Source: Octopus vulgaris
Taxonomy: Eukaryota
Assembly (NCBI GenBank): GCA_951406725.2
Contig: OX597821.1
Location: 93,372,001 to 93,436,000 of the forward strand
Length of the DNA stretch: 64,000 nt
Direction of reading: 5' to 3'
In this document: in pieces, positions 37,152 to 49,732 of the stretch
Position numbering within the stretch: the stretch's first letter is position 1
Layout: each line of letters begins with the position of its first letter
Made by a program: the position numbers and the translations under genes
Notes under the pieces: generated by a model
Databases searched by the model: none
What the model was told of the DNA's origin: nothing
Seen by the model: the letters and a program-made list of their open reading frames with translations, nothing else

Positions 37152-37815
37152 TGAGTGTCTGTGTGTGTGTGATCATGAACATTATCATTTAACATCTACC
37201 TTCCATACTGGCATGGGCTGAATGGTTTGACGGGGGCAGACAAGCCAGAGGACCATGCCAAGCTCAACTGTCTGCTTAAGCATGCTTCCTATAGCTTGAT
37301 GCCCTTCCTAATGCCAACCATTTTACAGAGTGTACTGGGTGCTTTTTTATGTCGCTCCATCAGTAATGAGGTCGCTAATTATCATGCAAAGCAAGGCCCC
37401 TCATCTCAATGGGGAGAAGTACTGAGGGAGATGACTTTATTCCAGGTGATGGGAGGTTAGAGTATGGAAGAGGACAGAAACAACTGTTTTGCTGTAAAGC
37501 AGTTGCATAGCTACAACTCTACTTTCCATGCTTGCAAGGGTCAAACAAGAACATGGAGGGCTAAAGTCATTTATGGTAAATACTCTTACCTGTTTCTAAG
37601 CAAGGTAATAACCCATCTGTCTATCAAACAACAAACAATCCAGACATTGTAAGTGGAGAACTGGAAACAAGAAACAGTTTATGAATGTGTTTTTGTTAAC
37701 AAAAGATCAGGAAACAAATCTAAACACACCATGAAGTCTGGAACAGCTGTCACAATTGACAGCAAGTAAACTACACGGCTTGTATGAACAATATTGAATA
37801 CTATAATGTATACGT

Positions 37816-38112
37816 AGAGGCGCAATGGCCCAGTGGTTAGGGCAGCGGACTCGCAGTCGTAGGATCGCGGTTTCGATTCCCAGACCGGGCGTTGTGAGTG
37901 TTTATTGAGCGAAAACACCCAAAAGCTCCACAAGGCTCCGGCAGGGGGTGGTGATCCCTGCTGTATTCTTTCACCACTCTTTCTCCCTCTCGTTCTTCTG
38001 TTGGCCTGCTCGCTTAGCCAGCTGTGTGGCATCATTCGAAGGCTAAAACAATGCAAACGCATTGTGACCAGCGATGTGCAACTACATCTGATGGACTGGT
38101 CGGTCACGTGAT
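37816..38112 (+). mobile_element. SINE family D
   Basis: Closely similar to 19586-19891. Confidence 0.88.
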
Positions 38113-38744
38113 GATGGTGATGATAATGTATACAAACAACAAATAATACAACTACAGATATATATATATCAGATAATATACATCAGGAATTATCAGTTTT
38201 CTATAACAGAAGTATCCAATTGCTGTTCATGTAAAGAAAAATGATTCTGCCAGTTTCCACCTTATTCTGGTTTCAAAATTTAACACAAGGCCAGCAATTT
38301 TGTGGGTGTGGGATAAGTCAATTACATCGACTCCAGTGCTCAACTGGTACTATTCTATTGACCCCATAAGGATGAAAGGCAAAGTTGACTAATAATTTTG
38401 AACTAATAATTTTGCCAGTGTGCTAATGATTCTGGCTTGTTGCCATATTCTGTACTAGTATTAAACACTCCTGGGGCAATGGTGATAATGATTACATTCC
38501 ACTGTCTCACATAAACAATAAATGTTCCAATAGCTTAGAAGTTTGACATGATATTTGGAATCAAGTATCTTTCTTTAAAACAATTAACAGTTAGAACCAG
38601 GAAGGGCATATAAGCATAAAATATTGCTTCAAGAATTTTGTCTAACCCATGCAAGAACTGAAAAAAATGGACATGGTGATGATGATGATGATGATGATGA
38701 CAATGACAACGATGATGATGACGATGATGATGATGATGATGATG

Positions 38745-38902
38745 ATTGAGACTGTCTCAAGCTCCTGGCTTTATGAAGAGTATTAACAGTGTAAGGGGAA
38801 CAGCTCTAAATAAGAATTAAAACCAACTCACAGGCATTACTTCTTGAGAACAAAGATTTTGCTCTGTGTGTTTTCACAAGAACATTGATAAGCAGGACAA
38901 TG
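38745..38902. repeat. ~150-bp low-copy duplicated segment, copy 2
   Basis: Paralog of 28918-29072. Confidence 0.9.
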
Positions 38903-40464
38903 ATGATGATGATGGTAGTGAGGATGGTGACAACGACGATGGTATTGGTGGTGGTGGTGTTGGTGTTGGTGGTGGTGGCAGTTATAGGTGATGGTTGGGA
39001 AGTATGATGACAACGACGACAACGATGACAACAGCACAAATATAATTTCTTGCAATAGAATGATTCCATTTCTAGATATAAATATTCAAATAGAAATTAA
39101 CAGACACATCACATCCAGTTACACCTAAGGCATAAATAAATGTGTTGTGAATGTCCATTCAAATAGAAAATGCCTGTGGTAACATTCCCATTTAGTCAAG
39201 CATTTAGATTCTCTTCCACAAATGAAATGCTAAATAAAGAAACTACAGAATAAAAAAAAAAGTACTAATCAACAATAGATACTCTAACAAACTAATAGAC
39301 CAAGCTATAGAACAATACAAACACAAATACAACACAATAAATAACTCAGGCATCACACTATAAAAATCCACAATCCACACATAACTTTACATGAATCAAA
39401 TGCATTTTATCAATATAACAGCCAAATACATAATCAAAAATCCTCACTGAACAAAAATTCATCCCACTAAATGATAAAATTAACATTAACGCCATAACGC
39501 AAACATATTAAAATCATCATTTATATCAGAATAGTTGTTGATGTTATCAGGGTTGCTTATGTTGCAATTAATAATCCAGGCAACTGTATTAGCTATCACC
39601 ATTGGAACGTTAGTGCTATTACTAATAATAACAACTCTTATGTAACCTGGATAATACAAGTAATTCTATTGGGTCTAACAATGATCATCACTCTCTGCGA
39701 TCCTCGAATAATACTGAATGTGTATAAATCTCCTAAATTGTGTAAGTATAAAAACATAAATCTCCTAAATTGTGTAAGTGTAAAAACAAACTTCTATGTC
39801 CTCTCAATAATTTATGCCTCACTAAAAAATATTATCACTAGATGTGATGTAATAATTAACCTTACCACATTTACCAACATCAGTTCAACTTCTTGAAAAT
39901 TTATGTAACAATGATTATATTAATCATTGTTATGCTTAATAAATGTAATAAAACCAAGGTTACAAAACTCAGGAAAAAGTTTGGTAATTAAAAGACAAAA
40001 AAATATATTCCAAATTATCTAGAACATAATATAATATGCATTACCTATTCAAATGATAGGCATAGGTGTAGGCTTTGCTGTCCTGGATTATGGGAAATAC
40101 TTAAATGTTGAGGTATTATTTTTAATAAATATAGTTTATTTTGAGTGAAATGCTCGGACTACATAAGGAAAACATTTTCATACTTTAAACTGGTTATCTA
40201 TGTTTCAAATGCCACTTATCTTTAACTTCTTAGTTTCTATTTACCAATACTTTGAAATGGAGTTAAGTATACTCGTCTCATTTAAATATTATCTAACATA
40301 TCATTGGGTCATTGGTCTCCTGGTTATATTTCTTTGCACCCATATATTTGGTTGTTTAGTGCATTATTTTCTAATCCCCTGTCCTTGCTTTATATATACA
40401 TACATACATACATACATATATACATACATACATACATATATACATACATACATACATACATGTG

Positions 40465-40520
<56 letters not shown>

Positions 40521-40734
40521 TGTATATATATATATACATATATATATATACATAATTTTACGTATTTTTGTATTCTTATTCGTTCCCGTCCTTGTTTTGT
40601 ATACATTCGAGGCTTTCTTCCAAGGAATCTAATGTGCTTGGCTTAGATTTTCCTTTGGTGCTGACCAGGTCGGAGCAATCTCAAGATTAATCAGACGAAA
40701 TTGCGAAGATGATCCGGTTCTTGACTGAAGATCG

Positions 40735-41296
40735 AAGGCTTCGAATGTCCCGTCCGTTTTTTTGTATCGTCTTCTAAATGTTTTGCGTTCTTGTCCCAGT
40801 TTGTGTTTTTTTACATTTACCTATATATATACATATATATATATACACACATATTATCATTATATATTTTATCATTATATATTTTATGTGTGTGTTATGT
40901 GTGTGTGCGGGTGTAAGTATATATGTGTGTGTGTGCATATGTATGTGTGTATATATGTATGTTTATATACATATATATATATATATAAGTAGTTGTGTGT
41001 ATGTGGCGTCTGTGTGTGTTTGTGTGTACATATGTATTTTGAATATATCTATGTGTGTGTACATATATGTATGTATATATATTTGTATACATACATATGC
41101 AGGTATTATGTGTAAGTATATATATGTCTGTGTGAGTGTCTGTTTGTGTATATATAGTATATGTATGTGTGTGTGTATGTGTATGTTTGTATATATATAT
41201 ATTATTATTATATGTAGAAAAATACAAACTGGGACAAGAACGTAAAACATTTAGAAGATGATATAAAAACCACGGACGGGACATTCGAAGCCTTCA

Positions 41297-41297
<1 letters not shown>
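40735..41297. repeat. Inverted repeat with ~82-bp arms around a microsatellite spacer
   Basis: GAAGGCTTCGAATGTCCCGTCCGT...TTCTTGTCCCAGTTTGT vs ACAAACTGGGACAAGAAC...ACGGACGGGACATTCGAAGCCTTC. Confidence 0.88.
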
Positions 41298-41337
<40 letters not shown>

Positions 41338-41346
<9 letters not shown>

Positions 41347-41480
41347 AAACAAGTAAAAATAGAAAATGCTAAAATAATTTTATAGTGATATATATTTTGA
41401 GACCTTTCAACTGTATCGTTACAGTTGAAGTATATATATACTATATATTTTAGCATTTTATACTTGTTTTTTCATATATA
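41338..41480. repeat. Short AT-rich fold-back
   Basis: ATGAAAAAACAAGTA..AATGCTAAAATA / TATTTTAGCATT..TACTTGTTTTTTCAT with central hairpin TTCAACTGTA-TCGT-TACAGTTGAA. Confidence 0.8.
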
Positions 41481-41662
41481 TCAACTCGTGTGTTCCTTTT
41501 CACCCTTATACATATATATATATATGTATGTATATTCAATAACGAATAAATAGTAGTGCCAGTAAATCTAGTAGTAGGTAGGAGCAGTCCGTTGGTTATG
41601 ATGACGAGGGTCCCAGCTAATATGATCAACGGAACAGCTTGCTCGTGAAATTAACATTCAAT

Positions 41663-42060
41663 AGGCGCAGGAGTGGCTGTGTAGTAAGTAACTTGCTTAC
41701 CAACCACATGGTTCCGGGTTCAGTCCCACTGCATGACACCTTGGGCAAGTGTCTTCTGCTATAGCCTCAGGCCAACCAAAGCCTTGTGAGTGGATTTGGT
41801 AGACGGAAACTGAAAGAAACCCGTCATATATATATGTGTGTGTATATGTTTGTGTGTCTATGTTTGTCCCCCCAATATCGCTTGACAACTGATGTTGGTG
41901 TGTTTAAGTCCCCGTAACCTAGCATTTTGGCAAAAGAGACCGATAGAATAAGTGCTAGGCTTACAAAGAATAAGTTCTAGGGTTAATTTGCTCAACTAAA
42001 GGCGGTGCTCCAGCATGGCCACAGTCAAATGACTAAAGCAAGTATAAGAGTAAAAGAGTA
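41663..42060 (+). mobile_element. SINE family A, full length
   Basis: Complete copy. Confidence 0.9.
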
Positions 42061-42570
42061 ACGAATTTAAAAGCAGCACTCTAATTTTGTAAACATTATC
42101 GATTGCATGTTTGTACACGTGGGTATATGTGTCTACCTTGGAGTGTGAGTGTGAATATGTGTGTACCTGTTGTACTTAAGTTGGATGAAATAAGACAAAA
42201 AGTTGATGACCATTTTACGGTTTTTGCTGCCCTGGGGTTTGTCAATTTTTATCTCACTTAACTGACAAAATATCTGCTTACTTTTGACGACCTTTAATGT
42301 CAACACAAGTCTACAGCTTTTCTATTATTTTTGTTCATTCTCAACGGCAATATTAGCTATAAACTTTTATTTTATATATTATATTTTTGCAAGGAAATTA
42401 TTTTGTATAACATAAAATAGTCGTTTGATCTCTTTTCTTTTCGCATACCCATTCAAGCTACATATCCTAATTTTCTCATAAATTTAAATATTATTTTTAA
42501 AAGAACCAACGATGTTGGGTTCCTCAAGTTCAATGTTTGAAATGTCACCTGTTTGACATCTTAACTGTTT

Positions 42571-42667
42571 AAATTTTTGCCTGAAGATGGTGGATTATAA
42601 GTTATAATGTAATCTATGAATGTATCAATAAAATTCTACCGAAAAAAATCTGCTGTCGTAAATTTTA
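42571..42667 (+). ncRNA. Degenerate type I hammerhead motif
   Basis: TTTGC-CTGAAGA-T-GGTGGA...TCTACC-GAAA-(decayed stem III)-GTC-GTAAA; stems I and II pair. Confidence 0.55.
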
Positions 42668-44082
42668 AATGCTATTTATATCTACACCATAGCTGGAATC
42701 AGCCATAGAGATGGACCTGCAGTTTAAATTGAATTTGGTACTTACATAGCTACAGTACCCTACTAACACTTGACACCTTCATTGTTGCTTACCTCACTGT
42801 GAATTCTATGCTATTGCACCTAGCCATTTATGGCATCCTACCTATTGATATGCTTAGGTTCTAGTGAATTGTTATAACTAATTTGTGTATGTGTGTGTGT
42901 GTGTGTCAGCAGATGTGTGTGTCTGTGTGGGCATGTGTGTATGCATATACATATATACATTTATATTATATATGAATATATATATAAATATAGAAACTTA
43001 CTTGGAGAAAGGAAAGAAACGAAACAGGGGCAGCTGATGAAGGGGAATATTCCTTGTATTGTTTGACTTGTACTCTGTTTTTTTTTTGTTGTTAAAAAAA
43101 GTCCGTTTCCTAGTTGATTTTATGTTTTCATTTCTCGTTGTGTTCTACGTTTATTTGTGGTGTCCTGTACTCACATATATATATATATATATATGCATGT
43201 ATATATACATGTAGATGTAGGTACGTACATATATGTATGTATGTATGCATATATTTTATTTATTAAATTATTATATATATATATATATCCATATATATAT
43301 GTATATGTATGTATGTATATGAATGCATAAAACATGCTATTACAGCTTCCCTATCACTCTATTGAAATCTGCGGACTCAAACAAGCAATGTGTGTGTATG
43401 TGGGTATGAATGTGTGTATATATGAATACATGCATGTGTGTGTCAATATGTAGCTTGTTAGTTTTGAGCACTCAGATTGCAGAGGACTTGCAAGGTTGCT
43501 GCCATTCCAAGTCTTCTCCATCTGTCATGGCGGCATGCCTGAGCTCAGTTCTCTACTAACGATTTGCTTGTCCATTCCTTGATGTCATCCATCCATCTTA
43601 TTCCTCCTTTTGCCTTCCCTTCTTTCATGTTCTTGTGTGCATTTGCATGTGAACATGGTGCATGCATGTATATATATATATGTGTGTGTACATAAGCATC
43701 AATCTAGCTGTAATTATATATCTATCTACTTTAATACATGTGTGTGTACGTGTGTGTGTACGTCTGTGTATGTACGTCTGTGTGTATGTGTATGTGTGCG
43801 TGTGTGTGTGTGAAAGCATAAAGAAGTCTTGTATCTGACTGTCACTCTTTTATGTAGGAACATGTAGAAACACTTTCTTTATTCAGTCTCAACAAATACA
43901 TGTGGATCTATATTTGCACATATGTACACATGTGCATGTGCATGTGCATGTGTGTGTGTGTATGTGTGTGTGTGTGTGTTTGTGTGTGTGTGTATCCCAC
44001 TCAAATTGACTCTATATATGGAATAGAAAGAAATAAGTCATTTAGCATGTGAAATATAAAAATAAAATTATATCCAGCAAAC

Positions 44083-44132
<50 letters not shown>

Positions 44133-44240
44133 CTATATACACCTATATATATATACATGCATACATACATACACATATATATATATACATATATACATAC
44201 ATACATACATACATACATACATACACCTATATATATATAC

Positions 44241-44290
<50 letters not shown>

Positions 44291-45364
44291 TAGGAAACAA
44301 AGTATGTACAATTTTCCTCTTTGCAGTCCTTTTCTTTCCTTTTTTACTTCTTTTTTTTTTTTTTTTTTTTGCTACCCTAATATCTCTTCAGTCTTTCATA
44401 AGTTCTTTTAAACCATTTTGAGTTTCTCAAACTAACAGCTTGCTGAAGCAATGTTTTATAGATCCTGTCAAGAACAATAAGGGAATTCTAAAAGACTTAT
44501 TTACTAAGCAAGCCAACACATTCAATGCCTTATATTCAAGTCTGTAACATTCTTCATCCCACTTACATCTCAAGAAGAAAAAGAAAGAAGAAAAAGAAGG
44601 AAGGAAGAGACCCAGCCATTCAATGCACCAATAAAGCGGCGTCACATTCTAAATACCTGCAAACTTCTATTTTTACTGAAAATATCTTTATGAACAGCAA
44701 ATCACTTTAAATGGGGAAAAAAATATAACATTTTTTAAAAATGTTTTATACTATTTTTACATTAAATGATAAATAGATAGATGTGTGTGTGTGTGTGTCT
44801 GTGTGTGTGTACATGTGTTTCTGCATGTATGCATGTGTCCATATATATGCATGTTTATGTATAAGTTTGTGTGTATGAATGTGTGTGTATGTGTGTGTGT
44901 GTGTGTGTGATTTTTTTTTTTTTGTGTGATTTTATTTCTTTTAAGTAAAACTGGTGGAAGTTTGGTCACCTGTTTTTAGTATACTGCGTAATACGCATTG
45001 GGAAAGAACAGACCTATCATTCTTTTCTTTATTTTGACTACCGTTTCCTTCTTTCTTTCTTTTTTTTACTTGTTTTCTTTGCTTTTTTTTTACTTTATTT
45101 TGTTTTATTTTATTTTATTTTATTTTCATTTAAATAAGGATGTAAGCTTTCAATAACAACTGCATGGCATGAAATAAATTTCATCTTGTACTGGATGTTT
45201 AAAGAAATATTTCATTGTATTGTATTGTAGTGACATGTATCTGTCATGGAACAAGACAATGGTAGTGTCAAGTGGAATTTTTTTCCTCTATCTCTTGGCA
45301 CAAAAGACAGCTAGAGAGATAAACAGTGAGACTGAGAGAGGAAAAATGGATAGAGATGGAGAGA

Positions 45365-45740
<376 letters not shown>

Positions 45741-45999
45741 CTTACTAAAAACATACATACATAGGCAGATAAGTAGGTACTAACTTATTTAATGTAGTGA
45801 GCTGAAAAAAATTGTGATTAATCAATGAGGATTACTGCTGTAAATAAAGAGGGAAAAAAACCATTTGAATTAAAAATAATGTCTGTCAAAGAAAGCAAAG
45901 ACTATTCCAAAATGTGTGGTGGAAAAATATGCAATGGGAAGCAAGTTTGATCTTTAAACAGACAGATATTTAGCAAGTGATACTTTGAGAAATGATGAC

Positions 46000-46392
46000 C
46001 AGGTGTAACTGTGTTTAGAAAGTTTGCTTCCTGACATATGGTTCCAAGTTCAATTCCACTGCATGGCACCTTTGGCAAGTGTCTTCTGTTATAGCTTCAG
46101 ATTAACCAAATCTTTGTGAGTGCATTTGGTAGATGGAAACTGAAAGGAGCCTATTGCATATGTATATATATATGTATTATATATCTACATGAATCTTTGT
46201 GTTTGTATTTGTTACCCACCACAGCTTGACAACTGGCGTTGATTTGTTTACATCCCTGTAACTTAGCAGTTAGGCAAAAGTGACTGATAGAATAAATACT
46301 AGAGTTTGATTTATTCCACTAAAATCCTTCGAGGTGGTGTCCCAGAATGGTTGCAGTCAAATGACTGAAACATGTAAAGGGTAAAAGATAAA
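46000..46392 (+). mobile_element. SINE family A, old diverged copy
   Basis: All modules recognisable, with many substitutions. Confidence 0.8.
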
Positions 46393-46629
46393 GAAATGTT
46401 AGATGAGAGAGATGACAGATAATCAGTTTTCTTTAAAAAAAAGCAAAGCACACAAGATTGTCCAGTTACATGGGTTGAATATGTTTGGAAATACAGAAAT
46501 GAGAAGTCATCTTCATGTAAAGTTATTTCTGTTTTCTGTATGTCAAGTTTTGTAATTTCCTTATTTCATAAGCAGCGATATAGGAACAAGGATCAAATAG
46601 CCATAAACTGCAAAATTCTATCTTATCAT

Positions 46630-47662
46630 AGGCACAGGAGTGGCTGTGTGGTAAGTAGCTTGCTTACGAACCACATGGTTCAAGGTTCAATCCTACTGTG
46701 TGGCACCTTGGGCAAGTGTCTTCTACTATAGCCTCAGGCCGACCAAAGCCTTGTGAGTGGATTTGGTAGACAGAAACTGAAAGAAGCTTGTCGTATATCA
46801 TCATCATCATCATCATCATCGTTTAACGTCCGTTCTCCATGCTAGCATGGGTTGGACGGTTCGACCGGGGATCTGGGAAGCCAGAAGGCTGCACCAGGCT
46901 CCAGTCTTATCTGGCAATGTTTCTACAGCTGGATGCCCTTCCTAACTCCAACCACTCCGTGAGTGTAGTGGGTGCTTTTTACGTGCCACCTGCACAGGTG
47001 CCAGGCGAGGCTGGCAACGGCCACGATCGGATTGGTGTATTTTATGTGCCACCGGCACGGAAGCCAGTCGAGGCGGCGCTGGCATCGGCCACGAGTCGGA
47101 TAGTGCTTTTTACATACCACCAGACCAGGGATCCTGGCTGGTTCAATTCGATTTCGATTTCGCTTGCCCCAACATGTCTTCGCAAGCAAAGGGGGTTGGC
47201 ATGGGTGCCATATATATATTTCTTCACTATATAAAGGGGACAAATAAGGACAGACAAAGGGACTAAGTCGATTACATTGACCCCAGTGCAAAACTGGTAT
47301 TTTATTTATCGACTCCGAAAGGATGAAAGGCAAAGTCGACCTTGGTGGAATTTGAACTCAGAACGTAACGACAGACAAAATACCGCTAAGCATTTCGCCT
47401 GGCATGCTAACGTTTCTGCCAGCTCGCCTTATATATATATATATATATGTATGTGTGTCTGTGTTTGTCCTCCCCCCCAACATCGCTTGACAACCGATGC
47501 TGGTGTGTTTACGTCCCCGTCACTTAGCAGTTCGGCAAGAGAGACCGATAGAATAAGTACTAGGCTTCCAAAGAATAAGTCCTGGGGTCGATTTGCTCAA
47601 CTAAAGGCAGTGCTCCAACATGGCCGCAGTCAAATGACTGAAACAAATAAAAGAATAAAAGA
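46630..47662 (+). mobile_element. SINE family A split by nested RTE (46798-47210, minus) and family C SINE (47220-47430, minus)
   Basis: 5' half 46630-46797 and 3' half 47450-47662 are collinear with the family consensus. Confidence 0.85.
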
Positions 47663-47781
47663 ATAGTGGAAGCACAACCAATAACAGAATGTATGAGAAG
47701 GGGTAACAACATCAAACACAATCCTGTAGCGATGGAGTCCATTGTGTGTCTCGATTTATTTTAATCACAATGTATATATAT

Positions 47782-48187
47782 ACTCTTTTACTCTTTTACT
47801 TGTTTCAGTCATTTGACTGCAGCCATGCTGGAGCACCGCCTTTAATCAAACAACTCGACCCCGGGACTTATTCTTTTGTAAGCCCAGTACTTATTCTATC
47901 GGTCTCTTTTGCCGAACCGCTAAGTGGCGAGGACGTAAACACACCAGCATCGGTTGTCAAGCAATGCTAGGGGGACAAACACAGACACACAAACACACAC
48001 ACATATATATATATACATATATACGACAGGCTTCTTTCAGTTTCCGTCTACCAAACCCACTCACAAGGCATTGGTCGGCCCGGGGCTATAGCAGAAAACA
48101 CTTGCCCAAGATGCCATGCAGTGGGACTGAACCCGGAACCATGTGGTTGGTTAGCAAGCTACTTACCACACAGCCACTCCTGCGCCT
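47782..48187 (-). mobile_element. SINE family A, full length
   Basis: Complete copy. Confidence 0.92.
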
Positions 48188-49097
48188 ATATATACAAAAA
48201 AAAAAAAAACGGATGAGTCCACTTAAAATTCACACATTATTTAAACAAAAATACACCATTTGTAATATATTCATTAGGATTTCAATACATGACACTGTGT
48301 AACATAACATAAGCAGGCTCAATGTCTGTGTTAACAACAAATAGAAACAACTTTACCATTAGTATTTTTACTTACATTCATTTATCTCTGCTTCTGTCCA
48401 TCACCCACTCTCTTTTGCCATCTTCATCTGTATTACTATCTCATCATGCAGCATATATGTTTTCTATTCAAACTCCTCACCAACAACCAGTATGCAGCTG
48501 CCACTGTTACTTTATTGCACCATCGCCTACCATCCTATTACCTTCTTTTTCCTATCACACTCATACCTACAGTCTCTCTTCTCATCACAATCCTAGTCTT
48601 GTTTCCATTAAAAAAAGTTGTAACAACAAGGAGTAGAGAGGATTTGAGTGCTCTCTAGCACTGGTTTCCCAATCAAAATCTCTCTTCAAAGTGGGTGGTG
48701 ATGATGATGAAGATGAGGATGATTTACCAGAGCTAGCAAAAGAAAGGACTGATGGAAAAGGAGAAGGAAAAAGTAATCAAATAACCTGAAGTTATTTTGT
48801 AAAATAATCCCAATAATTAATTAGTACAGTAATGATTTTAATAAGATTGATAGACTGACTGGGATTATAGATTGCAAAGCTGAATGTTTCAAAGGACTTA
48901 GTGTTATCTCTCTACACTGAACTTGTAAATTTTAATTCAACAAGAATTCAATTCAACCTGGATCTCTTTGGAGTCAAGGCATCGAAAGTATCTTTACCAA
49001 TTAGTTAAGAGAGTAATTAATTGAATTAACAATATATTCTTTCCCAACAAGTTTAAGTTCTTGTGGTAGAAGAATACAGCATCTGTGAGCCACTGTT

Positions 49098-49482
49098 TGT
49101 TAGTGAAAGCATGTGGCTTAGTGGATAGGGTAATTGACTTATGATTGTAAGGTTCAATTGTTAGTGAAAGCATGTGGCTTAGTGGATAGGGTAATTGACT
49201 TATGATTGTAAGTTCAATTCCCAGTGGTGCATTGTGTCCTTGGGCAAGACATTTTATTTCACGTTGCTCCAGTCCACTCAGGTGGAAAAAATGAGTTGTA
49301 CTTGTAATTCAAAGGGCCGTCCTTGTCATATTCTGTGTCATGATGAATTGCCATGAGAACTACATTCATGAGTACATGTGTCTGTGGAGTACTCAGCCAC
49401 TTGCACGTTAATTTCATGAGCAAGCTTTTCCATTGATTGGATCAACTCAAACTCTCATCATCATAACCGATGGAGTGTCAGT
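49098..49482 (+). mobile_element. SINE family E with a 61-bp duplicated head
   Basis: TGTTAGTGAAAGCATGTGGCTTAGTGG...GTTCAAT occurs at 49098 and 49159; body homologous to 36471-36800. Confidence 0.85.
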
Positions 49483-49646
49483 ATCAGTGTTGGTGAATGA
49501 ATATTTTCCAGGTAGCTCAATGGCCTTCTTTTAGATGTGTTGAGGATGTTTGAGTGTGTAGCAACAGAAATGTTGAGCAATAATCCAATTCAAGCTTTAA
49601 TCCTGTTTTTAAATAAACTTCATACTAATCATAATTATCCATTGGG

Positions 49647-49732
49647 TCAGGAGACACGTAAGAGATTAATCTTCTCATAAACAGGATGTGAGTCAAACAC
49701 AGATAATTCTGGAAAGCCTGTTTCCATGCTTC
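49647..49732 (-). other. Candidate exon (strong 3' splice site, short open frame)
   Basis: Minus strand CTAAC branch point, T/C tract and TAG|G at 49733/49732; one frame reads SMETGFPELSVFDSHPVYEKINLLRVS*; no homolog recognised. Confidence 0.25.

Noticed and set aside
40655-40750. CTGACCA...GAAA and CTGAAGA motifs in the fold-back body
   Set aside because: They cannot be assembled into three paired stems with an NUH site
43015-43060. CTGATGA followed by a hairpin
   Set aside because: No GAAA box or stem III follows the hairpin
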